Below the pieces are notes generated by a model, which ran no database searches, had not been told where the DNA came from, and saw only the letters and a program-made list of their open reading frames with translations. Below, piece by piece: positions 40,831-52,333 of a stretch of DNA of 64,000 nt. Made by a program: the position numbers and the translations under genes. Each line of letters starts with the position of its first letter. The stretch's first letter is position 1. Origin of the DNA: Phoronis australis (lineage: Eukaryota > Animalia > Phoronida); assembly GCA_002633005.1 (NCBI GenBank), contig NMRA01000013.1:1268618-1332617 (forward strand), given 5' to 3'.

Positions 40831-43312
40831 GCTAAGTGCTCTGGGCTGCAGGTCCATATTCCAATGATTTCCAAATTTTCGACACTAAAGCTGGCAATAT
40901 TCATTTAATGGTAAGTTTACAAATTATGATCAATAAATTTCTTTTACAACATTTCTGAAACGACACTGCACCCATAGACTCAATATTATTTGAATTAGAC
41001 TGCCTACTTGCAAACCCGACGATATTTAGAATAAAACTTTCCATGAATTGCTTTTACAAAAAAAACAAATGAAAAAATATGCACACGCAATAGGTCGGTA
41101 TCATGTTTAATAAAAGTTCTAAATATCAGAGAGTATGTTTCAGTTGTTTTTATGCAGATTCGCGGTGATTTCAAAATGCTTAAATGACTTAAACGAACTG
41201 CCACTTCTGAAGCCTTGAAATCATTTCTAATTTGAATAGAAACAACGCCAGGGTGATTTTAAAACGTTAAATAGCCTGAAACAAACGTTACTCTCTGCTT
41301 TGTTACCCACATGTAATAGCAAACTAAACCAATTCCATCTCAAATTACTTTGAATCTGTCACTCCTGCATAAAACTACAAACCTTTGAACTCATAATATT
41401 ATTTCCCCTCTGACACAACATTGCCATAATAAGACTGAAACCTGCAAAACAATTTAAATCAACTAAACTGATATTTTACTTTGAATCTCATGCTAGTGAT
41501 GTACCTACAAAAAAATTATTGACATGAAATGTGTCTACAAGTTCAGGAAGAGAGCATTGCACAGGACCAAAATGAAATATCTCTGGTTAAATTGATATGT
41601 TTTGTAAAATGTGTCAAGTTGGTTTAATATTGCAGGCACACGTGAACACAATTTTCCAAATTGACCTCAAATCAGTCCAGACGAAACATAGTTAAACGAA
41701 TGTCTTCAAAATAACTAGAATATTCAAGGCAACTTTGATTTTTTGGCGGTGCACCAAGATGGTCTAACGGTTGAATAGTATTGAGCTTCCCCTTTTATGA
41801 AATTTCAGAAAAGACGCAAAAATACATCGAGGATTTGAATTTATGAAACATTCCTGTTTTAGTGGTCATCTCTCGGTTGGTGAAACTATTTTGTGTTGTA
41901 ATCAGGGGAAACTGAAGCAACGAGTGTCTGTAGTGGAGGGTGAAGTGGAAAAATGAAAACTTTGACGACAAAGGGAAAAGAGTTTACTGAACTTGTATTT
42001 GTTTGTGTACTATGTCTACCTATACTGACGTCAGACAGTAGGGCGCTCCTGGTTAAACGCCATCAAAAGAACATCTGCACTTCAGTGATGGTTTCAGCCT
42101 TAAACCTACATTTTAATTCGACTGGTTAGCCCCGCAAGCCAGTTATGAGTAGAAAAAGGCCACACACTCTGCCGTTCTGAAAGTAAAAACTGGGAATTGA
42201 TTATTAAGAACATGATCCCAACCTGGATGCATGGAATTTCCTCGAGGGCTGCGACGGAACCGAAAATACCACATCGGCACCAAAAGAAAATCAAGCAAAA
42301 AAACGAGTCACTGCACTGTACTGCTCTGAAATACGGCAGGTCAATGGGGGATTCATGCGCGGTCAAAGTGTTCTGCCGTTTAGTTGGTAGCGTTTCTGTA
42401 TAGGCCAACGAGTCGTTGGTCGTTCAATTAGCGCGTTTGTTTTGGAGCTGTAAATTACAGGCGCAACCTCCGTAGTACTGTCAGGATCAAAGAAATACAT
42501 TTGAAATTCACTACAACCATCAGTCGTCGTGTATTTTTGTGTTTTTTCTTTGATCTAGACACTACGACGCAGGTTGCCCATGTAATTTATTACTCCAAAC
42601 AGTTCAGGGTCTAACGGATAAACTCTTTACAAACGTGAATTTTTCACGCAGGATTACCAATCTACAGTATTGCAACAAAGAGGCAACTTCAACTGCTGTA
42701 CTTTCTCTGACTTGAAGGGTAAGTCAATTTGCAAGCAATCGGTTGTTTTTGTCTTTTTGCATCAATAGAAAGACAACCAAAGTAATTTCTTAATTATTAT
42801 TGCTAAACTTCCGCGCAGCCAGGCTCAACATTTTCCCGACACTTGTTTATTTATAGCCTACAAGTTTGCCTATCCCATAACGTTATTCTAAGTCCCATAA
42901 CAGTTGAGATGTGCACATAGTTGAGCAGAAGCGAAATTCAAAATATGGCTATTGAATTTCAGTGTTTACAAACGACATCGTTTTATATAAAATGCACTTA
43001 AAGGTGAACTCTAATCGGTTGTAGCAGGGCCATAGGAAGGGGACAGGGGGCGTTACAGGAGTTTGGGTAAATCGTCATGACGGGCAGAGACGCAAGGTCG
43101 GGGACATGGAGCAGACGAGAAAAGACAGACCCAATAATTCATGTGTAAGAAGGAAATTTTAACAGGACATTTTTCATTTAGCAATGCCTGGTTATCTTAA
43201 AAGTCCTCAGCCCTCGAAGGGAGCCCGTTGATGGCAACCATGATAACCTTTTCCCGTGTTTTACTTATATCGCCTTTCCTTAATGTATGTATAATCCTAA
43301 GAAAATGCCCAA

Positions 43313-43780
43313 CTTTGTCCAACTACAATATCTCACAAAACTGCCCAGTTGGATCCACGTGAAACTTTGGCCAACTACAATATCTCACAAAACTGCGCAG
43401 TTGGATCCACGTGAAACTTTGGCCAACTACAATATCTCACAAAACTGCCCAGTTGGATCCACGTGAAACTTTGGACAACTACAATATCTCACAAAACTAC
43501 CCAGTTGGATCCACGTGAAACTTTGGCCAACTACAATATCTCACAAAACTGCCCAGTTGGATCCATGTGAAACTTTGGCCAACTACAATATCTCACGAAA
43601 CTGCCTGGTTGGGTCCATGTGAAACTTTGGCCAACTACAATATCTCACAAAACTGCCAAGTTGGATACATGTGAAACTTTGTCCAACTACAATATCTCAC
43701 AAAACTGCCCAGTTGGATCCATGTGAAACTTTGGCCAACTACAATATCTCACGAAACTGCCCAGTTGGATCCACGTGAAA
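43313..43780. repeat. 52-bp minisatellite, 9 copies
   Basis: ctttggccaactacaatatctcacaaaactgcccagttggatccacgtgaaa repeated head-to-tail with no spacers. Confidence 0.95.
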
Positions 43781-45045
43781 CTTTCGGATATTATGCTTCA
43801 AACGCTGTTCTCCAAAAGACTGCAAGGAATTGTTTTTAAAATGGTCTGCAGTTGCATGAGAGGTTACCAAATTTAGGAGGTTGATGGCGTTCTTGAAAAA
43901 ATAAATTCAAAATGAAAAGCAACTGAGAGCTAAGAAAAATGTTTTTGCGTTTCTTGAACATTTATATCCAATCGAATTTGATCATGTTATTTACTTTGGG
44001 TGTTTTGCTATCAATTGGCGTATCTTTTTAACATGGTCACGTATCTACAGATATTTTACTTTCAGAAAGCATATACTTTTACTAAGTTAAAATCTGTAAT
44101 TTCCCAGATAATAAACAGACTTGTCGATAAGGCCTTAGATAACTTTGCTACCAACTTACTATTTTTCTACTGATATTCCCTGAAGTACTGTGCCAGGAAC
44201 AGCCCTTTAAAACAATAACTTTAAAACTTAGCTGTGGTGAAACTTTTTCCCTAACTGGACTCTAACAGATCTATACCTTAAGCCTCGTGTTTACTCTTCG
44301 AAATTGACGACACCACCACTGTACATTCCGGGACAATGTTCCCTTTAATCTGAGTTGGTCGATGCTATTTCTTTGATCTCGTTTTTCCAAGACTAACGCG
44401 GGGCATTGTACCACATAGGAAATTTTTCAAATTTTCTACCAAATTGCATGTGTTCTGAAGCCACAGTTGCATAACCCTAACCCAAGCCCAAATCTTAACC
44501 CTATTCTAACCCTAGCCCTCAAAAGGTACAATATTGCCACTAATAAGCTATTAGGCTTTCGAAGCCAGCGGTAGGAGTTAATTACGTTTCCTCTGCACCC
44601 TCAAAATAGTGCTTTTGGCAGCACATGTTTTGGCGCTTGAAGTCAAAATCATGCCCTAAACACGTCACGCCTGTATCACTTTCCGGTGTTGTCTGCACGC
44701 CAGTGATTGGGGGTGCGGCCAGAAGTGACGGCAATAGGGAGGAATCAGAAATTTGAGATCACGGGGAACGTTTAGCGAAGTCAAATTAGTTTTTGTGTGC
44801 CCTCAACATTTCTCATATTCCTACGGGTCTGTTTAGTTAAAGTGCAGTCTCAATTTTTATGGGACGAGCGATAGGGAGGAATTTGAAACTTGAGAGCACT
44901 GGGAGGGGGTAAACGATTGGTCAAGTCAAATTAGTCTGCGTATCCCAATATTGTTTACCTTCAACGGGCCTGTTAAGTGCAAGAGCGATCGCAATTTTAT
45001 ACGTATCTCGCAGCTGTTGAGAATAATTTAACATTGCTTGCAGAT

Positions 45046-46081
45046 ATGAAGGTGATATTTTGCTCGTTCATCGTTGCGCTCCTGGTGGGAACGCTACTGT
45101 GTGAAGAGGCGCCTGATGAAGACCGTGAAAATAGTTAGTGACTTTCCTTAATCGTGGGAAAGCAATTTAATCCATTCATTTTTCACCCTGTGGCCTTGTT
45201 CTACGTATGTGTATGTATATATGTATGTATGTGGGCGCGTGCCCGCGCGCGTGTGTGTTGTAAGAATGTATGTACGTATGAATGCTATTTCTTAGAGTAA
45301 ACAAGCCACGAACATTTTTACAATCAAGTCAGATTTAATTTCACGTTTTTTTGACTACTACCGCTGTGTTGGAAAAGTATAAGTTTTATTCATACTTTTC
45401 ACGACATAATCGTCTTTTATGTTCCCTCGTCAGATTTACTGGGACTCACTTAGTCCGCCCTTGAATTGCTAGATTCATCTAGTTCACAGCATCTATGCAA
45501 CTCAAGCTGACAAATTCTTAGCATGACAACACGTTGCCATTCCAGATATTTCTTCGGCATCAGCAAAAGTCCTTGGGTGCGAAGGCTTTGTTTTTTTTTG
45601 TTTTTTTTTAATTCAAACCTGAAAAGTCACGAATATACATTACCGGGAAATAGTCTTACGATTGTATTAGTAATCATTGGTCCAACCATAACGTAATAGT
45701 TCCATTACTACGCAGGTGTGTATGTGCCGGGCACTTGGACAACTATGGACAGAATCCTGGATCCGCGCCCCTAATGTTAGGTTAAGAGTTGTTAGGGCTG
45801 GAGTGGCTTATGATAATGAATCAATTCGAATTCATGTAATGTCAATAAAACTCACGTTTGAATGACTTCAATAATATGAAATTTGCATACCTCCAATTAC
45901 ACAATGTTTGTTACTAGCCTTTCTATGTCTCGTGTCAAATTATAATTACAGTGGTGAAGAGAGGCCTCACAAAAAAGACGTGTAATTTAATATTTTGCAA
46001 AGCTAAGTGCTCGCGTATGGGTTTCATAAACAAGAAAGGTAAATGCAAGGCTGGTCGCTGTATCTGCACTAATGAAACGAG
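45046..46081 (+). CDS. Secreted cysteine-rich CS-alpha-beta defensin-like prepropeptide, copy B (3' end uncertain)
   Basis: Exons 45046-45133 and 45952-46081 give MKVIFCSFIVALLVGTLLCEEAPDEDRENMVKR|GLTKKTCNLIFCKAKCSRMGFINKKGKCKAGRCICTNETR. All six Cys are retained and there is no stop or frameshift. The stop is either at 46107-46109 by read-through or in a further exon starting at 46808. Confidence 0.85.
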
Positions 46082-48685
46082 GTGCGTATCTCACTTGAGC
46101 ACTGTCTAACTTTCGCAATAGTGATACCTTCTAAGGAGAAATGTTATTATCAGTAATCGGATGTACTGCTTAACTATAAGGAACTTAAAAAGAAAGAAAG
46201 AGAAGTAAACGCATTTTGTTCTTGCTCAATAAAAGATTCACTTCCATCACTGAAACATTTCAGTCAACTCAGTAAACTCTGAACACAAAATGGAGTATAC
46301 ATTTTTGTCAAATATAAGACAACACGTTTCTTCCAAACAAAAATGACAACATTAAAACTGGTAACATCTCTAATTAATTACCAAGGGAAGCATTCTCTGC
46401 TTAAATTACGCTAGGGCATCCAATTTTCAATGAGTACTACGTGACTGAACACCGTTGATCAAATGTGGAATCACGTGTGCCAACATGCCTCACTGAGAGG
46501 CAATGGATAACGTAACTAACGCAAATTCATGGCAGAAATATGATTTCCGAAATAGTTCCATTTTTCCACAGCGCACGAAGAAGAATGAGTGAAAACTATC
46601 AATTATATTCGTCGTGTGGCAAATTTATGCATTCATTTAAATGCTTGGTAAATCTTTTACACGAAGCCGTCTTTGAATTCCAGATGAAGAGCCAACCAAT
46701 ATTGAACGGACACGAAGACAGCATTAGAAGACCATTCTGGACATCTCTGCGTATTAAATAAATGTATATGCTAATATCCATCCACTTGTTTTGTCTTTTT
46801 CTGTTAGAGTGTTAGAATTACATAAATATAACTGTGAAAATTTTCCGGCAACCCTTCGACCGCGTTAAAGGCTTCGATTTACAAACATTGCCAGGCCACG
46901 ACGTCCATCTCAAGTGCTTGTGGACATCCCCCCCCCCCCCCNCCCCCCAAGCATCCTATGGTACGCGCCCCATGCACTATATATTTGGCCTAAACTTATC
47001 ATGTCATTACCTCACCGCCAATTTCGGTCCGACCTCCAGAGAGCATTAGGCTTCATGTAGGCCGAAAATGCGGTCAAGTTCCAGACTTCATTGACTTCCT
47101 TATTTGGAAAATTCACGCAAGATGACCAGATTGGTAGATGTCGTTACTTTCACATTGAAAAACGCCTAAACCACCGTTTCCTTGTCTGTTAGTTTGTTAC
47201 AACTCTGTACATATCGGAAACATTTTTAGTCTGGTTAGCACGCCAGTTTAAGAATTACATATTTACAAAAACTCTATACATAATGAGTTAGTCTGAAAGA
47301 CAAGTGTTACAGTTTGCTTAAGATTTTCACCAGTGCTGCTTACAAACTAACACCCGCGTGATATAAAGTGAAAGTGTTGATGTTTCCGGGCGCCGAGCCT
47401 CAATGTGGAATTAAAAGTAAAAAACAATTATTGTGACGAGAGGCCAATCTATGTCTTCGTTTTCACCGACACCACTCTCATGACTAGTCATGAGCCAAAA
47501 TAGATTAAAGCTGTATAGAATAGTTCAGTTGATATCCTCAATGAAGCAGCCTCAGCTCTTGTGAAAGGGGTTTGGCTTCGAGAATCCCGTTTAGTGTTTC
47601 CTTGACTAGGTCAATTGAATGGCATTTTTTCAATAGAACAAGAGCTACGCGTTTAACAGCATTTAAAACAGATTTATGTCCGTTATGGATTGCGTTATTA
47701 GAAAACGGTAGACCTTTTCTATTATTCGGGACTCCAACTTATTTTGAGGAACAAGTGCATGGGTCCAGGTCGTTCCAGGTAACCATAGTTTGAACGTAAA
47801 TTATGTATTTCCGTTTCCTTGAAACTTCAAACATGGTTCTAGGCTCCAGTGACGTCATCCAACAATGTCGAACATGCACAGTCCATGTATTATTTCATTC
47901 CAGGTTGTGGGTTTCATGAAACCATGAAAAGTACGCTAACAATTCCATACTCGCTGGAATATGTAGTAAAAAAAAATATACGGATCAGTTTTTCTCCTCC
48001 AACAGAACGCTAGGCTAGACTACGACCGCGGGAATTGCGACAGAGCATTTTAATCCTATTTTCATTGTAAAGCTACAAGCGTTGATTTCAGCGAATATCT
48101 GGCGGACAATGTCAAGAATTTCAGATATTTGATTGTTTCATATCAATACTTATAACTTCAAGAAGCTTATCCCAATAATTTCAAAAATGCGTTTTTCGGT
48201 CGCAAACTGACACTGTTCATTGACTAAAGATGTTCACAACTTATTACAAATAATTTTCTTTAACAAAAACTTAACAGTTGTGTGAATTGACGCTTCACCC
48301 AGTACTTAAAGGTCACATGAAAACTGTTTTTCACTCAATTGGGCTGCGTACGTGCAAACACGTCGATTTTTTAGAATAATTTTTTCATTTTTTTATTCAA
48401 AATGTCATCGGTAAATCAAAACAATTGTTCAGTGGCTTACAAGTGAATTATTTTAAATTAATTTTGCATTTTTACCCATGTAGTTCACGACTCCCCCAGG
48501 GGCACTGATCATAGAGAAAAACGCATCGAACATACGAGACAGTCTTTGTCACTTTGCCCCACCCAAATATTTACTGCTCTCGAAGCATTCACAACGTATT
48601 GTCTTTAAATGTCATCGTTGACATTTTACCACGAAGTTGTTATTTTCAGCCGCGGGCAGATCGGATATGAATTGTTGTTAAAGCG

Positions 48686-48692
48686 TATAAAA
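48686..48692 (+). promoter_or_regulatory. TATA box of the C-type lectin gene
   Basis: TATAAAA about 90 bp upstream of the ATG at 48776. Confidence 0.55.
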
Positions 48693-48775
48693 GTTGAGTG
48701 TTATGTAGACTACAACATTTGGTACCAAGTACTCATGCTTAATACAAATACATCCTGGCTTGATCACTATACCGA

Positions 48776-51700
48776 ATGAAGAATATGCAGGTTTTGGCTT
48801 TGATATTTATCTGTGGACTTGCTTTGAAAAAAGTCGCCGCTCATGAGATAATCACGCTCCAGGAAATAGGTGAAAGATTGAAAACAATTGAGAGCATCGT
48901 TGGACTTCCGTCTAATGATTCTAGCCATGTCCACAGTAAGTTGAATTTTGTTTTCTCTTTTGTTTCACTGGCGTGTCACGTGATGTACACGTCGTGCGTC
49001 TTTGTGTGTCATTCACGTACGTACATAAGCTTAACATTTAGTTCTTTCACAACGTGGTCCCTATTCAGGCCTGGGTTGTACTGTTACATCGACGAAAACG
49101 GAGACTTTTTCATCTGTTTCACCCTCAAACTCCTCTCAGATTAAAACGTTTGTTTTTGGCAAGTTTTCGGTTATATGTCTGACCCAAAACATTTCCTTGA
49201 AAAGCGGCTTTGAAAATGAACAAAACGTGAACTAAAGTGGCGTTTACTACTACAGCCGTTAACGCGGAAAGATCATTATTTAATCTTGAATTTACAAAGT
49301 GAAAATAAAGGTTCAATGCCTTGTCTTTCTTAAAGGAAGTCATTCCAAGATAACTGACGTTCAAGATATCTCCACCATGGAAGTCGAGCATGACTTTTGA
49401 GTATCGCATTTCAGGACGAGGATGTCCACCAAAGTTCCGTCACGACCAGAATTCCTGCTATCACTTCGGTGTAATGCCGCTCACGTGGTTCATGGCCAGG
49501 ATCGCCTGCCAGCAAATGGGATCCAAACTGGTGTCGGTGGATACGTACGTTGAGGAGCAGTTTATTCTGCAAACCTTGAAAGCGCTACCTAGTGAGTGTG
49601 TGGAAATAATCAAACAATTTTTCAATGTTATATGTCTGACCGATGCAGAAAAGTTCTTGAAATACTGTGAATTTTAGTTAATTTAATTAAACTGATCTTG
49701 TCTTATGTTGTATTAGATATCGGCGAACACTAGATCACTCTAATAATTGAAACAAAGTAATGCTCTGTTGCCCTCGTCAATTTTCAAAACTTTGTAACAC
49801 TCTTATTAAAAACACGTTATAATGTCTTCATTGCTGAAGCGAGACGCGGAGGAGGATCAGAATCAGTTTGGCTCTGCGAACTCTTTTTCTGCACTCCTAT
49901 ATTATATGTCATGTACTCAAGTTGATTTTTAAATGTAAATTTCCACTGAAACAATACTTATGCGTTGTCTGGATATACTGGTGCTCCGATTGCATTTTTA
50001 ACAAATTTTGTAAAACTTAAAAACTGGCACCTCACACGTGCGATACTTCTGACCACTGTTAAACACGTTGGACGTTCATCTCTGCAAAATCGTACTCAGT
50101 ATTATTGCAAGACATGACCTTCAAACCAAACATTTTACGCTTTAGTGTAAAAAAATAATATTTTGAAAATAGAAACTTTTGAAACGAAACTGTATCATTA
50201 TACTTATGTGGCATTTTAACGTTGTCTTGCGGAGACGAGATGGAGCATTAGTGAATTGCATACACAAAATGACTGAAGACGGAATTTTTATTTTTAAGAA
50301 TAATTATCCTGTCATTTGCTTCCATCACAGAACACGTTTTACCAAAGCGAAAACATCGTTGAAATAAGAAAATTTGGCATATGTATTGATTTCCATTTTT
50401 GTCATCAATTTTTAAGCTCATAAATGAGATTCCATGTCATTCACTGAGCTCCCATTTTCGTGGTGCACGACCACAAAATGGGAAAGATAATAAAACTGTT
50501 TTTGAACAGCTTTCCCAGACAGCTCTCTAAACAAATACTGTTCCGTAACCCTCGTCAACAGGCAAATTTTGAAAACGTCTTACAAACTCTTCTAAACTCC
50601 AAGCGTGACCGAGTCACACAACATCTGTAGGGAAAGACCAAAATACCAGTTTTGTGACGAAGTGACTGTGTTTTAAGCTGAATCCTGCCAATGCTACGTT
50701 AAAACCACCACGACACGATGATGTACCCATCTAGATGAATTTGCATAGCTTTTGATTCAAACCCGGCCAAATTGTTTCTTATTCAGATCGAAATTGATTT
50801 CTGGGCTGTAAAAAATCTAAGTCACTTGCCTTGGGTCAACGGGCCATTTTATACGCAATAACAATCGTCAACCCTTTCCAAGCCCAAAATTTGATTCCAA
50901 TCCGTGGATGCAGCAACTTGAAGCCTGTTTCGTTCCGGTAAAACGTCTAAATCAAAAGTATTTTGATAGAAGGCGGATAAACGATGTTGGTTTTGGTTGT
51001 CATTGTTGATTGTGCATTTACATTTATACATGTCCGACGTTTCGATGCCGGAAAATCACTTCACCATTCTCAAGAAAAACATCCATCCATCAGAAGCATG
51101 GCCACTAGATGGCAGATTCGTAGCAGCTTCGAAACCAGTGAAAAAATGCCGCATTTACTTTGATGAAGTCTTTTACTTAAGGTGGCATAGAACGTGAAAA
51201 ACAGACTAAACTGTATTATTCAAAATTCTTTTCTCACAGCCACTGAAACAGAACTTAGTTAAACTGTTCACCAAGTATTTTAATGGTTTATTCGTAAAGA
51301 TTTTGAATTTCTGCTGATATTGTCCGTCAAAGCATTTTTCCTTCAGTTTCAAATTTCAAAAGAAACGAACTACCAACAGCTCGTCACTTCGTCGATTTTC
51401 TCCCACACGGTGAAGCACATTTGGTATTGCAAGGCAGACGTATCTTGTTTCCCTTATATGTAAAACATGACCTTTGACTTCTCATGTAAACAAAACAATA
51501 ACGATTTCAAGCAGCAGTCAATCCGACTGGCACTTCATTGTGTGCGTGCGCTGAAAGCTGTATTGGGATGAGAGTTTATATTTCGTCTGTGTTTCAAAAA
51601 TAGTGAATCTGACGAATGTTTCTAGAAATTCTTACAGTATTCAAAGTGTACAACTCTCAAGTTCGCATCCTTATTCGCCAAGTCCGTTTAGAAGATACAT

Positions 51701-52333
51701 GTATACGAGTTTTCGCGTTATGTCTTTTTAAAATGGCTTCCACCACAAAATCTGTTTGTACCACTTACCGTTATGAAATTTGCATCAAATATGCCCTTAT
51801 TCAAATTACAGGTATTTTCAGAACTAACAATTCGTAATCACCCAAGTCCAGGCTCAATTGGGACTTCAGTGTCACGGCGTGTCAACTTATGCGTCGAACA
51901 CGCTCTCTAAAGAAATAACGCATCTGTTTTGTTTTTGTAAACTTGTAAATCCCTTTTCACCTGCGTTACGAACACATTGAGGCCATTTTTGCCTCACGTT
52001 GTTGCTTCTTGTGTCGCTTAAGAGAACCATTATAAGTGATTTGGATAGTTACGTCATTTCATTACGTTATTAATTGCAGACGCTGAGCATCTGGTCGCGT
52101 TTTGGATTGGTGGCAATAACTTTGGTGTTAACGGTACCTGGGTATGGGACGCTACCGGGAAGGCGATCGGTAACTACCAACCGTGGGGCGCTAGGCAAGC
52201 CAACTCGTTTAGAGGCCAATGCTTGGCTTATTATCGCCCTGACATGTGGAGATGGCATGATTGTCCGTGTACACTTAATGTGGAGGCAAAAGACGGTATC
52301 GGCTTTGTGTGCGAAAGACCATTTGAGTACTAA
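48776..52333 (+). CDS. Secreted single-domain C-type lectin (perlucin-like)
   Basis: Exons 48776-48935 (signal peptide + short helical neck), 49415-49591 (CPPKF..SCYHF..TWFMARIACQQMGSKLVSVDTYVEEQFI) and 52080-52333 (FWIGGN..GTWVW..YQPWGARQAN..QCL..WRWHDCPC..GFVCE..stop). Both junctions are phase-1 GT-AG; AATAAA near 52388. Confidence 0.92.

Larger units (their letters stand above)
42405..48170 (+). repeat. Segmental duplication, copy B (paralogous to 31743-36748)
   Basis: Colinear with copy A. It has extra sequence at ~43365-43780 (minisatellite) and ~43990-44880. Confidence 0.9.

Noticed and set aside
43313-43780. CRISPR-like array
   Set aside because: Units are contiguous with no unique spacers, there are no cas genes and the context is eukaryotic; it is a minisatellite.
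44472-44520. Interstitial telomere
   Set aside because: Only a few degenerate TAACCC-like units, typical of repeat interiors.
46928-46948. Poly-C run containing an N
   Set aside because: Low-quality homopolymer, probably a sequencing or assembly limitation.
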